From an uncultured delta proteobacterium (lineage in GTDB: Bacteria > Desulfobacterota > WTBG01 > CAIYCZ01), in contig CAWDOY010000036.1 in NCBI GenBank assembly GCA_963803975.1, forward strand, positions 12,161 through 76,160: a DNA stretch of 64,000 nt, given 5' to 3'. This document shows positions 1-9,874 of the stretch, piece by piece. The position numbers and the translations under genes are program-made. The first letter of the stretch is position 1. The number at the start of each line of letters is the position of its first letter. The notes beneath the pieces were generated by a model that did no database searches, was not told the origin of the DNA, and saw only the letters and a program-made list of their open reading frames with translations.

Positions 1-123
1 CAGAGTAAATAATAGAGTAGAGCGCGCGGAGAAAAACATTGAATCAGATACTGTCGGAAATTGGTTTGTTACCGGTGCTGCAGCGGAATACAGGTGCTCT
101 GAAATTGATATAAAACATGGATA

Positions 124-163
124 GGGAAGGGTGTTCGATAACTGTCGTCGGACACCCTTCTCC
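124..163. terminator. Stem-loop after a possible upstream partial ORF (open frame 2..124)
   Basis: GGGAAGGGTGTTCGA...TCGGACACCCTTCTCC inverted repeat followed by TGTTTT. Confidence 0.5.
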
Positions 164-240
164 TGTTTTACAGAGCGTTCGCCGCGTGCCGGCCAGGGGC
201 TTAACAATTGAGAAACACTATTTAACAAGGGAGTGTGTGT

Positions 241-633
241 ATGGACATAAACATTGCAAAATGGGAATCAGTATTGCAAGCTGACCCCGGCCTTCAGGAC
301 AGGCTGAAACGCCTCAATCCCCAGGGCTATCCGGCCACCATCAAGGGCGACCTGCTCTGCCTTGCGGTAACGGGCAACTCCCCCCTGGTGGTAAGCTGGG
401 ATGGCACCGCGATTGCCGTGGCACAGCGACCGCCAAAGAAACCGTTTTTATTGTGGAACATAACCAGGGAAAAATTTGCCGAACTGTTCTCAGCCAAATG
501 CCCGCCGGTTCTGGTAGCCATGAACAACGACCAGAAAAACATCAAGGCAGGCGCTGATCATCACAACGGTTCGCTGATCGTTAGTTTTCTGGTCATGCTG
601 CAGGAATGCATGGAGGGAGGTGAAAGCGCATGA
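241..633 (+). CDS. Hypothetical protein, possibly SCP2 sterol/lipid-carrier-like
   Basis: RBS AAGGGAG upstream; stop overlaps next ATG (ATGA coupling); size and pattern only loosely SCP2-like. Confidence 0.6.
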   Translation: MDINIAKWESVLQADPGLQDRLKRLNPQGYPATIKGDLLCLAVTGNSPLVVSWDGTAIAVAQRPPKKPFLLWNITREKFAELFSAKCPPVLVAMNNDQKNIKAGADHHNGSLIVSFLVMLQECMEGGESA

Positions 634-1907
634 GTAATTTCTTTTCAGATTATGAACCGTCAAAGACCGTGCTGCCGACAAGCAGCGAAGAAGTTAAGGA
701 AATTATAAAACACGCCAACCGAACCAGGACACCGCTGGTCCCGGTCAGCACCGGAACCAATCTGCAGGACACCCATCTGCCGTCAGTAAAAGGCGCCACG
801 GCAGTTAATCTTTCGCAGCTGGACCGCATCCTCTATTTTGACGCCAAGAACCGCAATGCCGTGATTGAGCCGGGGGTTACCTTTGAGCAGCTGGAAAAAA
901 TATGCGCAGATGAAGGCCTGCGCACCCTGACCGCCATCGATGTACCCAAAGAAGCATCGGTGCTGGGAACCTATCTTGAGATGATGCCGCTCTACGGATG
1001 GCCCAAATACCATCCCTGGGAGATGCTCACCATGCAGGGGTTCCGCGCTGACGGCGAGCCGTTTGCCACGGGGCAGATGGCCATGAAGCAGGACCGGCCG
1101 GACAAGTATTCCTGGGGCGTATCATTCGCCCAGGTTGCGCGCCTCTTCTGTCAGGCGCAGGGAACGCTGGGAATCATAACCGCAGCTGCAATAACCCTGA
1201 AAACCGCGACCCCGGAAAACCAGGTGCTGTTCTTCCCCTGTAAAAATATTAATGAAGCAACCCGCGCCCTGAAAACCTTCATAGCAACGGAAGAGCCTCA
1301 CGAAATATTTGCCGTAAACCGGACCTATGGTGCGGAACTGCTGGGAGGCATCTCTGCCAGAGAGCTTCCGGCATGGACCGTGGTGCTGGTAACCCGTGGT
1401 TTTGAGAAGGACGAGGTGGCGTATAAGAAAAAAGATTTAAACGCACTGGCAAAACAGCTGGGCGGCGAGATCATAACCAGGCTGTCGCGCACGGCTGAGG
1501 GCCGGATCCTCGCTGAAATATCAAGCCCTGCCGGGTATGCGCTGCATGCAGGCGATGATTTTGAGCGGGTGCCGTTTGTGACCATTGCAACAGCACAGCA
1601 GATCAAAGACTGCTCTTCGCTGTTTGCGAAAAATTCCGGCGCGCTCCTGATGCCCCTGCAGGCCGGTGCCTGCTTCTACTATCAGCCGGATCTGCGCTAT
1701 GAGGAGAAGAACCTGAAGAAAGCGCGCGCGGAATATACCGGCATCTGCGGCAAGCTGCTCAAAGCCGGCGTTATGTTCCCCCGGCCGTCCGCCCTTATCG
1801 CCAAGCAGGTGGCAGCCTTTTACCAGGACAATTTCAAACTGCTTAAATCTATAAAGAAGGCAGTTGATCCGAATAACATCATGAATCCAGGGAAACTGGG
1901 ACTGTGA
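630..1907 (+). CDS. FAD-binding oxidoreductase (GlcD/VAO-PCMH family)
   Basis: Motifs LPTSSEEV..II, IEPGVTFEQL, GTLGIIT and C-terminal IKKAVDPNNIMNPGKL. Confidence 0.9.
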   Translation: MSNFFSDYEPSKTVLPTSSEEVKEIIKHANRTRTPLVPVSTGTNLQDTHLPSVKGATAVNLSQLDRILYFDAKNRNAVIEPGVTFEQLEKICADEGLRTLTAIDVPKEASVLGTYLEMMPLYGWPKYHPWEMLTMQGFRADGEPFATGQMAMKQDRPDKYSWGVSFAQVARLFCQAQGTLGIITAAAITLKTATPENQVLFFPCKNINEATRALKTFIATEEPHEIFAVNRTYGAELLGGISARELPAWTVVLVTRGFEKDEVAYKKKDLNALAKQLGGEIITRLSRTAEGRILAEISSPAGYALHAGDDFERVPFVTIATAQQIKDCSSLFAKNSGALLMPLQAGACFYYQPDLRYEEKNLKKARAEYTGICGKLLKAGVMFPRPSALIAKQVAAFYQDNFKLLKSIKKAVDPNNIMNPGKLGL

Positions 1908-1911
1908 GGAG

Positions 1912-3069
1912 GTGATACCAGTGACAAAAGAAGAACTGCTCGCAAAAGCATTATGCTGTAATCGTTGTGGAACCTGCCGCGGTGTGGTGCAGGACGCGGT
2001 ACCCAATGGCGCTTTTTCCACGCAATGTCCTTCAGGGTCGACACTGTTTGGCGAATATGAGCCGGCAGGGCTCATGTATATAGCACGGGGTATCGCACAG
2101 GGTGAGCTGCAGTGGAACCAGGATCTGGCAACAGTCCTCTACTCCTGTACTCTGTGCGGCTACTGTGAAGATATGTGCAGCCGCGGCTACCGGCACACGC
2201 CTTCAATTACCATCCTTGAGGAGCTGCGGAAAATTATCCCGGACAGCCTGAAACCAAAGAGCCTGCAAAAAGCTGCTGACAATGCGCAGGTTCCTAAAAA
2301 CCATAAACTGTCGATCCTTGAAAAGTACGGCGTAAAGGATGTGACTGCAACAGGCGCCGTTGATACGGTCCTGTTTGCCGATACTACCATGCTCTGCAAC
2401 AGCGCCAAGCTGAACGAGATCGGATTTCTGCTGAAGAAGAGCGGCAAAAAGATCGGCTGCTTTATTACCAACCCGCTGCCCCCGGTTGATGAGATGCTCA
2501 TCAGCGCAGGGCGCCATGATGTGCTCGCGGGATGCATAAGCGCTATTGACGCACAACTGAAAAAGTACGGTATCAAACGGGTGATCTGCTACCATCCGGA
2601 AAGCCTCTCGGTGCTCACGCGGTTCAGCAGAAGCAATGCACAGTTTGAATCAATTACCCGGCTGTATGCTGAGATGCTGAAAAAGAAGAAAGCGAAAAAG
2701 CTGAAGATGCCGGCGGTAACGTATCAAGACCCGTGTCATCTGGGACGCTATGCCCGGGAATATGTTGCGCCGCGGCAGGTTATAGCGGGACTTGGCCTTG
2801 AGCTTAAGGAGATGTGGCGCTCAGGATCTAATTCCCTGTGCTGCGGTGCCGGCGGCGGACTGCTGGCTTCAGACCCGAAGCTTGCCAAACGCTATGCAGC
2901 CAACCGCTGGGAAGAGGCAGCAGCTACCGGCGCGAGGGTGCTCATTACCGCCTGCCCGTACTGCTCGGCAAACTTCATGCAGGGCAAGCCGAAGGATTTC
3001 AAGGTCATGGATTTAACGTCCCTGGTGGCGCAGGCATATGGCTACACGGGAAAGGAGGCGGCCAGATGA
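1912..3069 (+). CDS. Fe-S oxidoreductase, GlcF/HdrD-like (4Fe-4S dicluster plus CCG domain)
   Basis: CNRCGTC, CTLCGYCEDMC, YQDPCHLGR, CCGAGGG, ITACPYC motifs; GGAGG RBS before GTG. Confidence 0.9.
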   Translation: MIPVTKEELLAKALCCNRCGTCRGVVQDAVPNGAFSTQCPSGSTLFGEYEPAGLMYIARGIAQGELQWNQDLATVLYSCTLCGYCEDMCSRGYRHTPSITILEELRKIIPDSLKPKSLQKAADNAQVPKNHKLSILEKYGVKDVTATGAVDTVLFADTTMLCNSAKLNEIGFLLKKSGKKIGCFITNPLPPVDEMLISAGRHDVLAGCISAIDAQLKKYGIKRVICYHPESLSVLTRFSRSNAQFESITRLYAEMLKKKKAKKLKMPAVTYQDPCHLGRYAREYVAPRQVIAGLGLELKEMWRSGSNSLCCGAGGGLLASDPKLAKRYAANRWEEAAATGARVLITACPYCSANFMQGKPKDFKVMDLTSLVAQAYGYTGKEAAR

Positions 3070-4589
3070 ATACTATAATTAAAAAATTACAGAAAATTGT
3101 CGGCGCTGAGTGGGTGCGCAGTGATTCGCTGACCCAGTATTTTTACGGCGCTGATGTTTTGACCTATTTCGGGCAGGGAGCGCTCTACCCGGAAAATCAT
3201 CCCCTGGCCGTGGTATATCCCGCCTCAACCAAAGAGGTGCAGGCAGTGGTGAACCTGGCACGGAAGGAGAAGGCGCCCCTGTACGCGGTCGGCGGTGGAA
3301 CCGTGCTGCTCATCGGCTCCATCCCCGGCAAGAACAACGTGGGCATTACCTTTGATTTCCACCGCATGCAGAAGGTTACGGTTGACAAGGAGCGCATGGT
3401 GGTGCGCGCCCAGCCCGGCGCCACCGGATTGCAGGTGAGCCAGGTGGTGCGCGATATGGATTTCGGCTATCGTCCCTATTTCGGCGGCAGTCCCGGGACT
3501 TCGCTGTTTGTGCCCTACCAGGTATTTACCGGGCAGAACAAGATGGCCGGCTACCAGGACGGCATGGGCATCAACTGCGCTGCCGGATACGAAATGGTTC
3601 TGGCAAGCGGCGAGATCCTGAAGGCTGGCTCCATGTCCCACCAGAAAGCCCCGGGATGGCCGCACGGCCCCGGCCCGGCACTGACCTATCTGCCGTTCTT
3701 TTCCAACGCGGGATACGGCATAGTGACTGAAATGGAGTTCCGGTTATTTCCCACGCCCCATGAGGTCGGCTCTTTGTGGGTGACCTTTCCGACCCTCTCT
3801 TCAGCTTGTACTGCCATGTACGAGGTGATGAAGAAGGAATATGCCTGCGGAGCAACGGTAATGGGCCCGGGATGCTGGACCCACGCGCTCTATTCAAGCC
3901 AGCACTGGCAGGAGGGCGCGCACTTTGTGAAAGCCACGCAGGATATAAACCTCATCGGCATGTCCTTTCGCGGATCCCGGGCAAAAGTTGACTTTGAACG
4001 CAATGCCTGCATCAGGATTCTTGAGCAGCACGGCGGCGTGGTGATGCCGGGCTGGATGGTTGCAATACTTGACGGCCATGAGGCAAATGCAGCCGGCTGG
4101 CAGCAGTGCAACAGCCCGAAAATATGCGGCACCTTCAACGGAACATCAGACTCCGGCGGCATCTTTGTTTCCGGCGGCGTGTTTGATTCTCTGGAAAAAC
4201 TTGAAATCTATATGGACCGGGGGATGCAGGCGTACCAGCAGGTTTGCCGCGACAACCCGGAATTTCTGAATCACCCGCACCCCACGATCAGGCTCTATGC
4301 AAGCTGCGGCCAGACCTACCTGTCAATGGGCGGACATTCAAACGCGGCAGGAGAGGTTATCTTTGTGCTGGACTTTGCCAACCGGAAATTCCTTCCCATG
4401 GTGGGCGCTATCAAGGCCCAGTTTGATGTGATGATGCAGGAGATCGGCATGGCGCCGCTGGGCGTCGGCCGTGACAAGCGCACCTGGACTGAATGCCCTG
4501 ATCACTTTGCCATGGCAAAGATTATCAAAAACGCTGTTGACCCGCAGGATGTGCTGGCTCCGGGCGTCGCATTCCCGATGAGCGAATAG
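3066..4589 (+). CDS. FAD-binding oxidoreductase (second GlcD/VAO-family subunit)
   Basis: Likely start ATG 3066 (AAGGAGG RBS, ATGA overlap); PLAVVYPASTKEVQ, GGGT, GYGIVTEM, IKNAVDPQDVLAPG. Confidence 0.9.
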   Translation: MNTIIKKLQKIVGAEWVRSDSLTQYFYGADVLTYFGQGALYPENHPLAVVYPASTKEVQAVVNLARKEKAPLYAVGGGTVLLIGSIPGKNNVGITFDFHRMQKVTVDKERMVVRAQPGATGLQVSQVVRDMDFGYRPYFGGSPGTSLFVPYQVFTGQNKMAGYQDGMGINCAAGYEMVLASGEILKAGSMSHQKAPGWPHGPGPALTYLPFFSNAGYGIVTEMEFRLFPTPHEVGSLWVTFPTLSSACTAMYEVMKKEYACGATVMGPGCWTHALYSSQHWQEGAHFVKATQDINLIGMSFRGSRAKVDFERNACIRILEQHGGVVMPGWMVAILDGHEANAAGWQQCNSPKICGTFNGTSDSGGIFVSGGVFDSLEKLEIYMDRGMQAYQQVCRDNPEFLNHPHPTIRLYASCGQTYLSMGGHSNAAGEVIFVLDFANRKFLPMVGAIKAQFDVMMQEIGMAPLGVGRDKRTWTECPDHFAMAKIIKNAVDPQDVLAPGVAFPMSE

Positions 4590-4611
4590 AAAGTAAATTC
4601 CTGAGAAAAGA

Positions 4612-4652
4612 TAAAAACCCCCATTCACCGTTTTGTGATTGGGGGTTTTTTA
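4612..4652 (+). terminator. Rho-independent terminator
   Basis: AAAAACCCCCATTCAC...GTGATTGGGGGTTTTTT directly after the operon; second hairpin TTTTACCCCTG...CAGGGGTAAAA at ~4660-4688. Confidence 0.8.
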
Positions 4653-4799
4653 TTGTTGGTTTTACCCCTGTTTGACGCAGGGGTAAAAATATGTTACTTT
4701 AAATTTATATTCTTGACATCTCATTAGTATGTAGGCATTTTATATTTACTTCAAAAGGTCTCACAAAAGCACCTAAAACCATTAACAAGGAGGATGGCA

Positions 4800-5460
4800 A
4801 TGAAGAAAATGACAGCGTGCTTCGTTAATAATGATGGTAATGTTGTTTTTGTTTACCGGTGGTTGCAATAAAAAACCCATTTTGGGTGAGATGACAGATG
4901 CACGTGATGGACAGACATACAAGACAGTAAAACTTGGAGATCAGACCTGGCTTGCGCAGAACCTGAATTACGAGACTGATAACAGCTGGTGTTATGAAGA
5001 TGACCCTGCAAATTGCGAAACGTATGGAAGGCTATACGACTGGGAAACAGCGAAGACCGCATGCCCAGCCGATTGGCATCTGCCAAATGACCAGGAGTGG
5101 GCAACCCTTATAAAATATCTGGATCCTGAAGCTGATTCGAACGCTGTAGGAGTAGAAAGCGAAATTGCCGGTGGTATGCTGAAAACAAAGGGAACGTTTG
5201 AAAGCGGTACCGGGTTATGGCTAAGCCCTAATACAGGCGCCACTAACTCAAGCGGATTTTCTGCTGTGCCGGGCGGTGCCCGCTGGGAGGATGGCACTTA
5301 CCTTGTTATGCATATGCACGCCATCTACTGGACATCTACTGAGTACGACGCCACCAGCGTTTGGTTCAGGATCTTTGATTACGGCCTTAACAGCCTTTAC
5401 CGGGACCATTCAGGCGTAACTAAGCCCATGGGCCTTTCCGTGCGTTGTGTCATGGATTGA
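4800..5460 (+). CDS. FISUMP (Fib_succ_major) domain lipoprotein, copy 1; one-base frameshift in signal peptide
   Basis: DARDGQTYKTV..G.QTWLAQNLNY, YGRLYDW, ACP..WHLP, FSAVPGG, YWTSTE, SVRCVMD; lipobox FTGGC; extra C near 4820 relative to copy 2. Confidence 0.9.
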
Positions 5461-5485
5461 CATATACCTAACAAGGAGGATGGCA

Positions 5486-6163
5486 ATGAAGAAGATGACA
5501 GCGTGTTCGTTAATAATGATGGTACTGTTGTTTTTGTTTACCAGTGGTTGCACTCGTGAAATAGAACCCATTTTCGGTGAGATGACAGATGCACGTGACG
5601 GACAGACATACAAAACAGTAACTCTTGGAGATCAGACCTGGCTTGCGCAGGACCTTAACTACGAGATCGATAACAGTTGGTGTTTTCAAAATGACCCTGC
5701 AAATTGCGAAACGTATGGAAGGCTATACAACTGGGAAGCAGCGATGAACGCCTGCCCTGCCGGTTGGCACCTGCCAAGTGACCAGGAGTGGTCAAAGCTT
5801 ATAAAATATTTGGATCCTCTATCGCAGCCGAATGCTGTTTTAACAGAAAGCAAAACTGCCGGGGGTATGATGAAAACAACAGGAACGGTAGAGGATGGAA
5901 CCGGATTATGGGCAGAACCTAATGAAGGGGCCACTAACGTAACCGGATTTTCAGCCGTGCCGGGCGGTGAACGTGTACCTACCCCTACAGGCATGTTCAA
6001 CTTGCTGGGTCAGCACGTCTTCTTCTGGACCTCTACTGAATACGAAGCCAAAAGCGCCGGGTTCCGGACTCTGGATTACGGCCATAGCGGCGTTACCAAG
6101 GGCACTAGCACTACACTCATGACTAAAGCCTACGCCGTTTCTGTGCGTTGTGTCATGGATTGA
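5486..6163 (+). CDS. FISUMP (Fib_succ_major) domain lipoprotein, copy 2
   Basis: Same motifs as copy 1; lipobox FTSGC; AGGAGG RBS. Confidence 0.9.
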   Translation: MKKMTACSLIMMVLLFLFTSGCTREIEPIFGEMTDARDGQTYKTVTLGDQTWLAQDLNYEIDNSWCFQNDPANCETYGRLYNWEAAMNACPAGWHLPSDQEWSKLIKYLDPLSQPNAVLTESKTAGGMMKTTGTVEDGTGLWAEPNEGATNVTGFSAVPGGERVPTPTGMFNLLGQHVFFWTSTEYEAKSAGFRTLDYGHSGVTKGTSTTLMTKAYAVSVRCVMD

Positions 6164-6251
6164 CATATACCCTCATTGTTTTCATGAATATCTGTGAGGT
6201 ATTTATTTAGGCCTGCAGTCATATGTTTGGCAGGTTCTGTTCGATTACCAT

Positions 6252-6285
6252 AAGGCAGGGTCAGCGATGGCTCTGCTTTTGTTTT
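6252..6285 (+). terminator. Putative terminator
   Basis: AAGGCAGGGTCA...TGGCTCTGCTTTTGTTTT hairpin plus T-tract. Confidence 0.5.
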
Positions 6286-6648
6286 ATGTAGAGTCGAAGA
6301 CGAACGCAGCGAAACACATGGTGTTCAGGTTACATTCTACATTGGCGAGCAAGGGGTGCACCCATAATGTATGTTGGAACCATGTAAAAGGTAGACCTGA
6401 CCCTTAACTGCTTTTTACAAGAAATCGGGACATTTATTGAGACTGGTAATTATTGAAGCAACAAGGTGTAGTGAAAAATCCAACAACCCGTCCGAAAACA
6501 AAGACATCGCATAACCCCTCATTAAACCAGCTGTTGTTTGCTTCCCTGTTTCATTCCTGTCGCGGAATCTGAAACATCCATAACATTTATCAATCCGGTT
6601 AAAATAAAATCATAAACTAATTCGCAGAGTTGGTGCTGAACAGAAGAC

Positions 6649-6664
6649 TGGCATGGCTCTTGCG
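6649..6664 (+). promoter_or_regulatory. Sigma-54 (-24/-12) promoter
   Basis: TGGCATG-GCTC-TTGC with exact GG-N10-GC spacing, ~50 bp upstream of ATG 6714. Confidence 0.6.
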
Positions 6665-6713
6665 ATAGTGTGCTATTAAAAACGCAGTTAACTATTAAAT
6701 AATGAGGTGAACC

Positions 6714-7352
6714 ATGAAAAAGACCGTAGTGCTCATAACCATAGCAGTTTTAGTCAGTGCCGGCGCGGCTTTTGGGGCAGGAAACACCATTCCTCCGCAG
6801 CCGGTTTATCCCCAGGGTACATATCAGACGCAACCATCGTATCAGACACCTCCAGGGTATGCGGCCCCGCCGGTGGTTTATACTTCTCCGCCAGCTGGGT
6901 ATTATGCTCCTGCCCCAGTGGTGTATTATGCACCGCCTCCGGTTTATTATGTCCCTGCGCCAGTAGCATATGCTTCTCCCTATTCATATGGTGGAGGCTA
7001 CGGGTGCGATCCTCTTTTCGGGTTTGTGAGCTTAATTTTTAATTATGGCGGAGATGATAATAATTATGGCCATGGCAATGGATATGGCCATCACGGGAAC
7101 GGCGGTAATTATTATCGCCGCGGCAATGGCGGTGGCTACGGCCACCAGGGTAATGGCGGCGGCTATTATCGACCTAAAAATGGTGGTGGTTCCGGGCACC
7201 GCGGGAACGGCGGCGGGTATTATCGCCCGGGTAATGGCGGTGGTTCCGGGCATCGCGGAAACAACGGCGGCCATTATCGAGCTGTTAATGCTAACGGTTC
7301 CGGGAACCGGGGCAAAGGCTATGTCAAAGGGTATTCTCGCACTGGCCGTTAA
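6714..7352 (+). CDS. Secreted Pro/Tyr-rich, Gly-rich low-complexity protein
   Basis: Signal peptide; YxAPPPVxY repeats followed by GNGGGYYRP/GHRGN repeats; GAGG RBS. Confidence 0.8.
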   Translation: MKKTVVLITIAVLVSAGAAFGAGNTIPPQPVYPQGTYQTQPSYQTPPGYAAPPVVYTSPPAGYYAPAPVVYYAPPPVYYVPAPVAYASPYSYGGGYGCDPLFGFVSLIFNYGGDDNNYGHGNGYGHHGNGGNYYRRGNGGGYGHQGNGGGYYRPKNGGGSGHRGNGGGYYRPGNGGGSGHRGNNGGHYRAVNANGSGNRGKGYVKGYSRTGR

Positions 7353-7435
7353 AATTAATAATAGAGAGGTAAGACCGGATAATTTATCCCTCAGCTCTCA
7401 CAGGTATTTAACTTATATTATAAAGGAGATACACG

Positions 7436-8119
7436 ATGAAAAAAATATGCGCGTTGTTACTTGTTGCTGCTCTTATCATGCCCGGCTGTGCAGCCATGCA
7501 GGAGAATAGGAAGACCACCATCGGTGCCGGGGCGGGCGCGGTGGTTGGCGCAGGCGTTGGCTACGCGATTGGCGGGGGCAAGGGTGCTGCGATCGGAGCA
7601 GTAGTAGGCGGCCTTGCCGGCGGGGTCATCGGGCATTACATGGACAAACAGGAGCGTGAATTCAAACAGGCACTCGCTGAGTCACAGGCACGGGAGCAGT
7701 CAGCAATCATGCAGGGGGTTCAGCGTGAACAGGATGCCCTTATCATCACCTTTAAATCAGATGTGATGTTTGATAGCAACTCATCCGTCATAAAATCTGC
7801 GGCCTACGCTTCAGGGGAAATTGACCGCGTGGCGCAAATTCTCAATAGGTACCCTGACACCACCATAAAGGTAGTGGGTTATACCGACAGCACGGGATCA
7901 GAATCTAATAATCAGCAGTTATCAGAGCAGCGGGCCAATTCAGTAAAGAATGCTTTGGTGGTTAAAAACGTACAAGCCGCCCGTATATCTGCTCTTGGCA
8001 TGGGAGAGTCTAATCCAATTGCAGACAACACAACCGAAGGCGGACGCCAGCTTAACCGTCGCGTTGCCATAATCATTGAGCCTACCCCGCAGGCAGGCCA
8101 GGCACAGCCGCAGGGTTGA
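7436..8119 (+). CDS. OmpA-family lipoprotein with glycine zipper (YiaD-like)
   Basis: Lipobox MPGC; GAGAGAVVGAG zipper; GYTDSTGS..NQQLSEQRA; NRRV. Confidence 0.95.
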   Translation: MKKICALLLVAALIMPGCAAMQENRKTTIGAGAGAVVGAGVGYAIGGGKGAAIGAVVGGLAGGVIGHYMDKQEREFKQALAESQAREQSAIMQGVQREQDALIITFKSDVMFDSNSSVIKSAAYASGEIDRVAQILNRYPDTTIKVVGYTDSTGSESNNQQLSEQRANSVKNALVVKNVQAARISALGMGESNPIADNTTEGGRQLNRRVAIIIEPTPQAGQAQPQG

Positions 8120-8139
8120 TGACCGGCACATGCCGGCAG

Positions 8140-8183
8140 AATAAACTCCCGTTCATAACGCGTGCACGGGAGTTTATTTTTTA
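8140..8183. terminator. Rho-independent terminator between convergent genes
   Basis: AATAAACTCCCGT...ACGGGAGTTTATTTTTT. Confidence 0.75.
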
Positions 8184-8381
8184 TCCGCGTCATGGTCGCG
8201 CGGATAGATTTTAAGATCATCGTCAAGCGTGGACCAGGAGATGTTAGCGCGCTGCGAAAGAAAACAAATAATGCAGAAGAGGGTTGCGGTGTGTACAGTA
8301 GTTGATTAACGGAATAAGTTTGTGCCCCGGATCAAGCTTTGTGATATAGCCGGTCTGGCTGCTTTTTGCAGCCCACGCTGC

Positions 8382-9092
8382 TCAGCATCCTTTTTGCACC
8401 AGCTCCCGCATCCGGGCGACGGCATTGCCTTGTACCGGTGCTCCGTGGCCGAGCAGGCAGACGTCAAAATCAAGCAGGGCAAGCTGCTCGACAGAGCGCA
8501 AGGCCGCCTTATAACTGGCGCAGCCGAAGCGCATGGGCAGGGCAAAGCCGCCGGTCCCGTTGAGCGCGTCGCCGACAAAGACAAGACCCTTTTCCTTCGC
8601 GTAAAAACTGACGCTGCCGGGAGAATGGCCGGGTGTGGCTATAACCTGTATGCCGCCAAAACAGTCTATGATCTCTCCGCCATGGCAGGGGATTTCAACC
8701 TGGGCCGGTTCATAGTGAAACACAAAGGTCTCCATAAAAAAAAGAACTGTTTTAAAAACTTTTCCTCCGAATCCCTCCCTGCCCATGGTCCAGGTTTTCT
8801 TCAGCCCCTGTATATACGCGGTATCCTTTACTCCGGCAACCACCTGGGCTGAGCTTGATTTCTTCAGTGCGGCAAGGGAGCCGATGTGGTCAAGATGGGC
8901 GTGCGTTATCAGGATATGGGATATATCCTCCACGGTGTGCCCGAGGCTTTTTACCGCAGCGATAACTGCCTCCCCATCCCGCGGCATGCCGGTGTCAATC
9001 AATACCAGTTTTGTATCAACCAGCAGATAGCAGTTAGACCTGCCCGGCGCAAGCCGGTACACCCCTTCAGCGACCAGTTCCGGTTCAATCAT
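8382..9092 (-). CDS. Metallo-beta-lactamase-fold hydrolase
   Basis: LIDTG, THAHLDHIG, TPGHSPGS, GDA, GHG motifs. Confidence 0.93.
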   Translation of the reverse strand: MIEPELVAEGVYRLAPGRSNCYLLVDTKLVLIDTGMPRDGEAVIAAVKSLGHTVEDISHILITHAHLDHIGSLAALKKSSSAQVVAGVKDTAYIQGLKKTWTMGREGFGGKVFKTVLFFMETFVFHYEPAQVEIPCHGGEIIDCFGGIQVIATPGHSPGSVSFYAKEKGLVFVGDALNGTGGFALPMRFGCASYKAALRSVEQLALLDFDVCLLGHGAPVQGNAVARMRELVQKGC

Positions 9093-9712
9093 TTTTTCTC
9101 CTTTTCCTGTCTTTTAAAAAGGGGATTACACCGCCAGTCCTGGGAATAGCCCTTGCTCAGCGCCTCGTCTTTGGTGCGAAAGATGACGCGCTTGTCAAAA
9201 GAGAGTTCACGGGCAAAGCGGCAATTGGGGCGATGAAACTTCCTGCTTCCCTTGGACGCGATATAATAGGCCTCATCATTCGGGTCTTCAAATGCCCAGA
9301 TGCCTCTGCGTTTTTTTCGCGCTTCCTTCTGCAGGGAAATAAACAGGTCAGCATATTTCTGGTTAGGCGGTACGATATAGGCAATGCCAAAACCGTTCTT
9401 TAAGAGCTGCGCGTTGACAAATATATCTCCCGCGTACACATACCCGAGGAGGTCTTTATCACTGTTTTTGCGCGCGTCGTATTCAATTTCGATCTTTTTC
9501 TGCTCAACAAGTTTCTTATTTGCCTGCCGGGCATCTTCGAAAAAAAAGTTTCCTTCACCGGGAGCATCGACACCGATATACCGTACCCGCTCTCCCCCGG
9601 ACAGTTTTATAAGCTCGCCGCTCAGCACTTTTTTCACCACGAGCTGTTCAGCACGCAGCGGTTGAGAGAACAAAAGCAGCAGTAATGTGCAGAGGAAAAT
9701 CTTGTATCTCAT
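9089..9712 (-). CDS. Secreted thermonuclease (SNase-like) with C-terminal Ada-type metal-binding domain
   Basis: VRYIGVDAP, LLGYVY, NAQLLKNG, EARKKRRGIW; SRKFHRPNC tail. Confidence 0.88.
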   Translation of the reverse strand: MRYKIFLCTLLLLLFSQPLRAEQLVVKKVLSGELIKLSGGERVRYIGVDAPGEGNFFFEDARQANKKLVEQKKIEIEYDARKNSDKDLLGYVYAGDIFVNAQLLKNGFGIAYIVPPNQKYADLFISLQKEARKKRRGIWAFEDPNDEAYYIASKGSRKFHRPNCRFARELSFDKRVIFRTKDEALSKGYSQDWRCNPLFKRQEKEKK

Positions 9713-9817
9713 ATCAATGATACGCAGTGCTATTCATAATGGAATTATTAAATACTATAAAATACGATGAGGCAATTGTAAATTGGATTTCTCATTGCAT
9801 GGGTGGCTTACAAAAAG

Positions 9818-9851
9818 AAAAGGTGCCTGGCACGGAGCCAGGCACCTTTTT
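9818..9851. terminator. Bidirectional terminator hairpin
   Basis: AAAAGGTGCCTGGC-ACGGA-GCCAGGCACCTTTT perfect inverted repeat downstream of the DUF1329 gene. Confidence 0.8.
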
Positions 9852-9874
9852 ACGCGGTATGCGAAAGCGGGAGA

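Noticed and set aside
2838..3065. N-terminal extension of the 583-aa ORF
   Set aside because: It overlaps the upstream Fe-S gene; the RBS and family homology start at ATG 3066
4783..6171. Complete diversity-generating retroelement
   Set aside because: No reverse transcriptase, Avd or non-coding template repeat in the window; differences between the copies are not adenine-restricted
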